Origin: Paramoeba atlantica
Lineage: Eukaryota; Protista; Discosea
NCBI GenBank assembly: GCA_977017575.1
Contig: CDRNVI010000162.1
Coordinates: 1 to 29,546, forward strand
Reading direction: 5' to 3'
DNA: 29,546 bases
Position 1 is the stretch's first letter; each line of letters starts with the position of its first letter. The notes beneath the pieces are model-generated. The model was not told where the DNA came from and did no database searches. It saw only the letters and a list, made by a program, of their open reading frames with translations. The translations under genes and the position numbers were made by a program. This document shows, in pieces, positions 1 through 7,430 of this stretch.

Positions 1-510
1 AGAGTTTCATAAATATTTGCCGTATAAATTTTTTACTCAAATTTTTTTATCAAGGAAATCAAAATTAATTTAATGAATTAGCCGTATTTTTGGAATAAAA
101 AAAATTCCATTAAAATATCGAACACATTCATAAAAAAAATTTTAGAACCTAGATAAAAATTAGTAAATAAATTTATATAAAACCAAATATTAAAAACTCA
201 AGAATATTAAAAAATAAAAATTAAATTTATAAAAAGTTTTCAATTCACCTAATTCTTTAGTCGATAAATTATGTTTACCCAATTAATAATTTATGTCTAA
301 GAATGAAAATTAAAATTAAAATTTAATAGTTTTAAAACTATAAATATAAATTTATAACTTACTAATCATTGAAATTAAAAAAAATAATTTCGAAATGATT
401 TGAAAAGTATAAATTAAAAATTTAAAAGTTTAAAATTTAAAATTAAAATTTAAATTTATTTTTAGTCGATAAATTATGTTTACCCAATTAATAATTTATG
501 TCTAAAAACT

Positions 511-830
511 AAAGAACAAGCATAGTTTAGTCTTATTCCGTGTTAAGTCCTCAACCCTTAAGTCGGACTTGTCACTACATTTTATATTCTAACTTTATTT
601 ACTTAAAATTAACCTAAGAATAAATTTTAGAGTATAAAGCTGAATATATTCCACTGACCCTCGACCTAGTTCATTTTTATCTTTACTTATTTTTATTTTC
701 ACAATAGCAATAGAAAAACTAATTTATTTTTTATAATTTTATTAAACTTTTTTTTATTTACTTTAGCTCCTTGAACACAATAATCCGCAAAACTAAATCT
801 AAAAGATTAATTAAAAATTATGAAAATAAA
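511..830 (+). repeat. Dispersed repeat block B (copies 511-830, 3358-3678, partial 7434-7626, diverged 7641-7875)
   Basis: Near-identical text beginning aaagaacaagcatagtttagtcttattccgtgttaagtcc. Each of the three near-identical copies directly follows a 215-bp-repeat core. Confidence 0.92.
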
Positions 831-924
831 ACACAAAAACATCAGTACAAAGTCCTGTATTTTCGCCATTTAAAAATCGCGAAAAAATTTTTACATGCTC
901 TCCAGATTTATTTAATTTTTTATT

Positions 925-1003
925 CACGATTTTATTGGAAAAATAACACTACGAAAGCGATTCAAAAAAATTCGCATCAGTGTTAAATTTCCAACAAAAA
1001 CGG
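925..1003. repeat. Representative of the dispersed TGGAAA..TTTCCA hairpin family (near-identical copies 12843-12921, 13929-14007, 14116-14194)
   Basis: Arms ttttattggaaaaataacact / agtgttaaatttccaacaaaa flank an inner gcga..A-run..tcgc stem. Confidence 0.9.
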
Positions 1004-1054
1004 AATAAATAAATTACATAATCTAGAAAGCAATGTAAAAATTCGTATTAACCT

Positions 1055-2225
1055 TTTGTCCTTTTACAACTCATTGGGAACACCTCCATTGCCAAAAAAG
1101 TATGGAAGTGCCCCCAAATTCTGTTGGAAAAGTAGCACTAAAAAATTTGAAATTTGAAAAGATTTTTTACATGTTCTCACGATGTGTTTTCTGTTGGAAA
1201 ATTAACTGTGTTTACTTGAAAAATAGCAAAGTAACACATGTTAAATTTCCTACAGAAATCACGATCTGGAGATCAAAGTAAAAACTCCAGTATCCTCGTC
1301 CTTTTGCAACCCATTTGGGTGGGTACCATCCAAAAAATGATGGAAAACACCATCCGAAAAAAAGATGGAAACCCACCAAATTCTGTTGGAAAAATGACGG
1401 TAAATTTTCAATTTACAAATATTTTTCGTCATGTTTCTCGCTGATTATGTAAAACGTCGAAGAAAACGACTTCTATAAAAATACTTCTGCCGGAAAAAAG
1501 CTCAAAACAGCGCATTTTTTTCGGCAGGCGGCATTTTTAAAAAGTCACTTTCTCCGAGGTTTTTCGACAAAACATCGAAAACATTTTTTACATGATCTGC
1601 AGATGTATTTTTTTGTTGGAAAATTAACTGTGTTCGCTTGAAAAATAGCAAAGGAACACATGTTAAATTTCCTACAAAACTACGATCTGGAGATCAAAGT
1701 AAAAACGATAGTATCCTTGTCCTTTTGCAACCCATTTGGGTGGGTACCATCCAAAAAATGATGGAAAACACCATCCGAAAAAAAGATGGAAACCCACCAA
1801 ATTCTGTTGGAAAAATGACGGTAAATTTTCAATTTACAAATATTTTTCGTCATGTTTCTCGCTGATTATGTAAAAACGTCGAAGAAAACGACTTCTATAA
1901 AAATACTTCTGCCGGAAAAATCTCAAAACAGCGCATTTTTTTCGGCAGGCGGCATTTTTAAAAAGTCACTTTCTCCGAGGTTTTTCGACAAAACAGCGAA
2001 AACATTTTTTACATGATCTGCAGATGTATTTTTTTGTTGGAAAATTAACTGTGTTCGCTTGAAAAATAGCAAAGGAACACATGTTAAATTTCCTACAAAA
2101 CTACGATCTGGAGATCAAAGTAAAAATTATAGTATCTTTGTCCTTTTGCAACTCATTGGGGCACCACCAAAAAAATGATGGAAACACCCCAAATTTTGTT
2201 GGAAAATGACACTGAAATTTTCAAT
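1055..2225 (+). repeat. ~421-bp tandem repeat (two full copies ~1189-1610 and ~1611-2031, partial copies on both sides)
   Basis: gttggaaaattaactgtg at 1193, 1615 and 2036. The duplicated ORF-track peptides end at 1444 and 1865 (offset 421). Confidence 0.92.
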
Positions 2226-2300
2226 TTGCAGATTTATTTTTTACAACTTTTCGTCGATTTCTAACAATCGTCGTAGAAAATGACTTTTTTTCCTTTTTTT

Positions 2301-2575
2301 TACACGATTCTGTTGGAAAATGACAGTGTAAGTCGGTAAAAAAACCTTCCTCACTTTTATTTTCAACAAAAACGGTTAAAAATAGGGAAAAAAATCTATT
2401 TCTCCGAGGATTTTTAGAAAAAGCCAAAATGCTCATTTTGGAGAGTTCCAGCTGAAAATGGCCGTTGTGTTCTTCCTTTTTTTTAACACGATTCTGTTGG
2501 AAAATGACAGTGCAAGTCGGTAAAAAAACCTTCCTCACTTTTATTTCCAACAAAAACGGTTAAAAATAGGGAAAA
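2301..2575 (+). repeat. Duplicated hairpin element (2301-2390, 2486-2575; third copy 10546-10630)
   Basis: acacgattctgttggaaaatgacagtg(t/c)aagtcggtaaaaaaaccttcctcactt..caacaaaaacggttaaaaat occurs three times. Confidence 0.9.
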
Positions 2576-2817
2576 ACACAGTGCCCTTTAGCGGACACTC
2601 CAATATGAGATTTTTAACTTCATTTTCCGATATGTCATCTGCTTTGTACCAAAATCCGATGGTCGATTATCGATAAAAAGAGTTAAAAATTAAAAAATAA
2701 AAAGTTCTATAAATTTTAATTTACCTAATATATAAAATTTATTAACCTTTCTGTTTATTATTTTATGTTTGTTTTCTATGAATGTAACATTTCCGATATG
2801 TTATCTTCTTTGTACCA

Positions 2818-3188
2818 AAATCAGATGTCGATTATCGTACATGTTCATTACATGAAAACAACATAGATACAATAAACAAGAAAGAATCATTAAAAGTATT
2901 TAATAAAATTATTATAAGATCAATAAATTTTTTTACCCAATCAAAATTAAATTGAACAATAATAAATTATATAAATAATTTTAATAAAAAACATTATATT
3001 TAATTTTACTTTTTTTCGTGGGCTATAATAAAGTGGTATAACCTTTTATTCTCAGCATTTCTTTTAGCGAGTTCCTTTAAATAATGGGAACGCTATAACG
3101 AAATGTTTCCCACGAAAAATAAGAATATATTCTATTTTATTATTATGTTTTCATGTAATGAACATGTACGATAATCAACATCGGATTT
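2818..3188. repeat. Nested inverted repeats (43-bp outer arms, 11-bp and imperfect inner stems)
   Basis: 2818-2860 is the reverse complement of 3146-3188 with 2 mismatches. tttttcgtggg 3012-3022 pairs with cccacgaaaaa 3109-3119. An inner hairpin spans 3056-3105. Confidence 0.85.
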
Positions 3189-3782
3189 GAGGTAAAAGAA
3201 CACTCAATCCTTATAGTTGCTTAATCTGTATGTTTTATTACGAAAACAATATAATAAAAAGTAAAATTAAAATAAAATGAAAATTAAAATTAAAATTTAA
3301 ATTTATTTTTAGTCGATAAATTATGTTTACCCAATTAATAATTTATGTCTAAAAATTAAAGAACAAGCATAGTTTAGTCTTATTCCGTGTTAAGTCCTCA
3401 ACCCTTAAGTCGGACTTGTCACTGCATTTTATATTCTAGCTTTATTTACTTAAAATTAACCTAAGAATAAATTTTAAAGTATAAAGCTGAATATATTCCA
3501 CTGACCCTCGACCTAGTTCATTTTTATCTTTACTTATTTTTATTTCCACAATAGCAATAGAAAAACTAATTTATTTTTTATAATTCTATTAAACTTTTTT
3601 TTATTTACTTTAGCTCCTTGAACACAACAATCCGCAAAACTAAATCTAAAAGATTAATTAAAAATTATGAAAATAAAATAGATACAAAATCAAAGTTTTT
3701 AAGCCTCGTCTTAGAATAAATAAAAACTTATCTAAATTCACCAACTCTATTTTTTATAAAAAAATATAAAAATATGAGTCGG

Positions 3783-4520
3783 ATGATTTTAGAGAGTTTA
3801 TGTTTATTCTGAAGCTCCTGTATTCATCACATGAATGTTCTGATCAGGAGTTTGTATAGGGTTTTTAACCCTACAAACCTACAGCTTCAAAACATGAATG
3901 AATTGAATAACATTTTCAATGTCCTGTGCTTACTGGCTCTGATTGGATAAATCTTATCAGATGCACAGAGCACAGTGTATTCAAATTCATCGTTCCTATT
4001 ACTCTCTGTTTCTTTGGTTCATTCTAAGTGAAGTTCTGTTGTTTGGCTCGTTACTTTACGTACTCAACTATACAAACTTAACTTCTCTTGAATTCATTCC
4101 TTTTCACTTTTTACCTTTAGAATTCTCGCAAGCGATCCTTCATTCCTTTTGCTCCTTTAATTTTGTTGCCTTCGACCTAACAAGTGTCGTGGCAAATTCT
4201 TGATTTCTTGCTGCCTCAGGCACGACAGCTAACGCTTGTCTCTACTCGATGGCCGTAAACTGGCACATCTTCGAGAACATCCATCGCCTATATTCCGTTA
4301 CATTGGCATGAATTTTCATATGCCATCAATGAACGGAATTTTATTCTTTTCCTATAACCGCTAACACAAACACCTGTTGCTCTTCCTCCATATGCCTAGA
4401 ATCTGTTCATTTCATTCATTTGATCTTAGGCTGTGGAGCCTTTTTCTGCTTAAAAAAGGAAAAAGGGGAGGCAGGTGATTTGGGGGGTAGCGGTTTGAGG
4501 ATGTGATGATTCTTGTTTAA
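3783..4520 (+). CDS. cox3: Cytochrome c oxidase subunit 3 cryptogene, kinetoplastid-type (TGA=Trp; 5' frameshift edit; pre-edited 3' domain ~4451-4520)
   Basis: With TGA=Trp the frame runs from 3793 through the homologous region without TAA/TAG (8 in-frame TGA between 3832 and 4330). It gives RVYVYS..FLWFILSEVLLFGSLLYV (Glu at 4030)..SLEF..ANSWFLAASGTTAN..HQWTEF..HFIHLILG (4408-4431). These match trypanosomatid COIII motifs FLWFIISE, INTFLLFVSGLFVN, NQVWEF and HFSHVFLG, with similar spacing. The last helix (YWHxVD) is recoverable only by U insertion. The 3' end (TAA 4518-4520) is approximate. Confidence 0.9.
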
Positions 4521-4550
4521 AAGAAAAGACGAATCATCAAAGAATAAAAG

Positions 4551-5010
4551 ATGGGAGTTTTTGTGAGATTTGTAGGAGAGTGCGATGATGTTTCAGCCTT
4601 CTGCTATCCTCATTACTAGTGATGAAGGTTACCCAATGCTTCCCACTAGTATTCGGATTCGCATCCTGCAAACACATGGATGCGATCTGATTTATTTTAG
4701 GGAGCTTCATATTAGTAATACTTGTATTTCGCTTAATTATGTTGTTATTTGGACATAATGAATTATGTTTTGATTTAATACGTATGGGCAGGGTAGAGGA
4801 ACGAGGATAGAGGGATAGAGGTAGAGGTTAGAGGTGAACGATGCAGCTGAGATAATGAGATGAGATGGTAAAGGGGAGCTTAGGTACGACACAACGAGGG
4901 CGGGAAGTTGTGTGAGTACCTGGACGCTATATTGAGGTTGGGGCGGAGATGTAGGTGAATGTGTCAAGTATGTGAGATGTGGGACGCATCGTGATGCTTC
5001 AAGGGGAGAG
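4551..5010 (+). CDS. cox2: Cytochrome c oxidase subunit 2 cryptogene (unedited core ~4586-4783; pre-edited 5' end and pre-edited C-terminal half)
   Basis: The unedited frame 4586-4783 reads WCFSLLLSSLLVMK..FASCKHMDAIWFILGSFILVILVFRLIMLLFGHNELCFDLIR. This is collinear with trypanosomatid COII (..DFISSKFIDTYWFVLG..LLRLCLLLYF..FDLCK). The following G/A-rich 4784-5010 decodes by U editing to IVGFQWYW, YLIGDLRILQ, KLWVSxVDVIHSFT, DCIPGR and YGQCSEICGxxHxxMP. The start ATG at 4551 and the end at ~5008-5010 are inferred. Confidence 0.88.
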
Positions 5011-5199
5011 ATCTGCGATTAAAAGCTGCCCATACGAAAATCAAAAAAATAACATCAAAATTTCCCAAAAATAAACAGAGTTAAATTTTATTATCACATA
5101 TTTTTTTAATACCTGTAATTTATTAAATATTTAATTACAAAAATAATTTAAAATATTATCTATAAATAACCGTATAATAAAAAATAGTAGTTAAAAAAA

Positions 5200-7430
5200 T
5201 TAAACTTAAATTAAAATTAAAATTTAAAAGTTTTAAAACTATAAATATAAATTTATAACTTATTAATCATTGAAATTAAAAAAAATTAATTTCGAAATGA
5301 TTTAAAAAGTATAAAAATTAAAAATTTAAAAGTTTAAAATTTAAAATTAAAATTTAAATTTATTTTTAGTCGATAAATTATGTTTACCCAATTAATAATT
5401 TATGTCTAAAAATTAGCAAGAAACAAGAATAAAATTAAAATCAAAATTTAACAATTTTAAAACTATAAATATAAATTTATAACTTACTAATCATTGAAAT
5501 TAAAAAAAGTAATTTCAAAATGATTTAAAAAGTATAAATTAAAAATTTAAAAGTTTAAAATTTAAAATTAAAATTTAAATTTATTTTTAGTCGATAAATT
5601 ATGTTTACCCAATTAATAATTTATGTCTAAAAATTTTTACAAAATTAGCAAAAGTAATAAATTAAAATTAAAATTTAAAAGTTTTAAAAGTATAAATTAG
5701 CTGGTACAAAAATGGTAAGTTTCTCTGCCGGAAATCCACCGAAAAGACGGTTTTTCCGGCGCAAACTCCAATTTTGTTACCAACCGGTACAAAAAGGGTA
5801 GTCTCCCTGCCGGAAATCCACCGAAAAGACGGTTTTTCCGGAGGGAACTCCCATTTTGTTACCTATAATTTATAACTTACTAATCATTGAAATTAAAAAA
5901 AATAATTTCGAAATGATTTGAAAAGTATAAATTAAAAATTTAAAAGTTTAAAATTTAAAATTAAAATTTAAATTTATTTTTAGTCGATAAATTATGTTTA
6001 CCCAATTAATAATTTATGTCTAAAAATTTTAAAGCACAAAATTAAAATTAAAATTTAAAAGTTTTAAAACTATAAATATAAATTTATAACTTACTAATCA
6101 TTGAAATTAAAAAAAATTAATTTCGAAATGATTTGAAAAGTATAAATTAAAAATTTAAAAGTTTAAAATTTAAAATTAAAATTTAAATTTATTTTTAGTC
6201 GATAAATTATGTTTACACAATTAATAATTTATGTCTAAAAATTTTAAAGAATAAAATTAAAATTAAAATTTAAAAATTTTAAAACTATAAATATAAATTT
6301 ATAACTTACTAATCATTGAAATTAAAAAAAATAATTTCGAAATGATTTGAAAAGTATAAATTAAAAATTTAAAAGTTTAAAATTTAAAATTAAAATTTAA
6401 ATTTATTTTTAGTCGATAAATTATGTTTACACAATTAATAATTTATGTCTAAAAATTTTAAAGAATAAAATTAAAATTAAAATTTAAAAATTTTAAAACT
6501 ATAAATATAAATTTATAACTTACTAATCATTGAAATTAAAAAAAATAATTTCGAAATGATTTGAAAAGTATAAATTAAAAATTTAAAAGTTTAAAATTTA
6601 AAATTGAAATTTAAATTTATTTTTAGTCGATAAATTATGTTTACACAATTAATAATTTATGTCTAAAATTTTAATTAAATAATTTTATTAAACTTTTTTT
6701 TATTTACTTTAGCTACTTGAACACTACAGTTCGCTAAACTAAATCTAAAAGATTAATTAAAAATTATAAAAATTAAAAAATAAAAAACACAAAGAATAAA
6801 ATTAAAATTAAAATTTAAAAGTTTTAAAACTATAAATATAAATTTATAACTTACTAATCATTGAAATTAAAAAAAATTAATTTCGAAATGATTTGAAAAG
6901 TATAAATTAAAAATTTAAAAGTTTAAAATTTAAAATTAAAATTTAAATTTATTTTTAGTCGATAAATTATGTTTACCCAATTAATAATTTATGTCTAAAA
7001 ATTTTAAAGAACAAAATTAAAATTAAAATTTAAAAGTTTTAAAACTATAAATATAAATTTATAACTTACTAATCATTGAAATTAAAAAAAATTAATTTCG
7101 AAATGATTTGAAAAGTATAAATTAAAAATTTAAAAGTTTAAAATTTAAAATTAAAATTTAAATTTATTTTTAGTCGGTAAATTATGTTTACACAATTAAT
7201 AATTTATGTCTAAAAATTTTAAAGAACAAAATTAAAATTAAAATTTAAAAGTTTTAAAACTATAAATATAAATTTATAACTTACTAATCATTGAAATTAA
7301 AAAAAATTAATTTCGAAATGATTTGAAAAGTATAAATTAAAAATTTAAAAGTTTAAAATTTAAAATTAAAATTTAAATTTATTTTTAGTCGATAAATTAT
7401 GTTTACCCAATTAATAATTTATGTCTAAAA
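5200..7430 (+). repeat. AT-rich tandem array of ~214-215-bp units (about 9 units, one interrupted)
   Basis: Core gtcgataaattatgtttac(c/a)caattaataatttatgtc starts at 5369, 5590, 5983, 6198, 6412, 6626, 6958, 7173 and 7388. The regular spacings are 214-215 bp. Further cores occur at 260, 465, 3312, 10903, 11142 and 11319. Confidence 0.95.
5703..5863. repeat. Pair of ~80-bp GC-richer hairpin elements inserted in the AT-rich array
   Basis: 5703-5781 and 5786-5863 share ctgccggaaatccaccgaaaagacggtttttccgg. Each folds back on itself (ggtacaaaa/ttttgttacc; ccggaaa/tttccgg). Confidence 0.85.

Noticed and set aside
641-662. ccactga in block B as a guide for the cox2 QWY site
   Set aside because: Complementarity does not extend on either side and would not template the Phe codon.
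771-2553. ORF-track peptides at 771, 1238, 1638 and 2221 (and those at 8.1-10.6 kb and 12.9-14.7 kb)
   Set aside because: They are short and Lys/Phe/Asn-biased, and arise from A/T runs in repeats and hairpins. No protein family was recognised.
3738-3749. CSB-3-like word on the minus strand (agagttggtgaa)
   Set aside because: Only 9/12 match to GGGGTTGGTGTA, with no CSB-1 or CSB-2 seen nearby.
4432-4750. Reading FGFASCKHMDAIW (frame +1 relative to cox3) as cox3 helix 7, reached by a 157-nt intron or ribosomal bypass between TGT 4432 and TGT 4589
   Set aside because: The downstream frame aligns over ~65 residues with kinetoplastid COII, and the real YWHxVD helix decodes from 4451-4520 by U insertion.
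3760-4758. TAG reassigned to a sense codon, giving one long cox3 ORF
   Set aside because: Read-through yields no COIII-like C-terminus. Editing explains both TAG positions.
4737-4967. Minus-strand 76-aa Ser/Pro/Leu-rich ORF
   Set aside because: It is the antisense shadow of the G-rich pre-edited cox2 domain and has no recognisable homology.
4781-5036. RNase P RNA or another ncRNA closed by the 11-bp stem
   Set aside because: The CR-I/CR-V resemblance is weak, and the interior decodes convincingly as cox2.
5200-7430. CRISPR-like array
   Set aside because: The units are ~215 bp and near-identical, with no unique spacers and no cas genes. The context is organellar.
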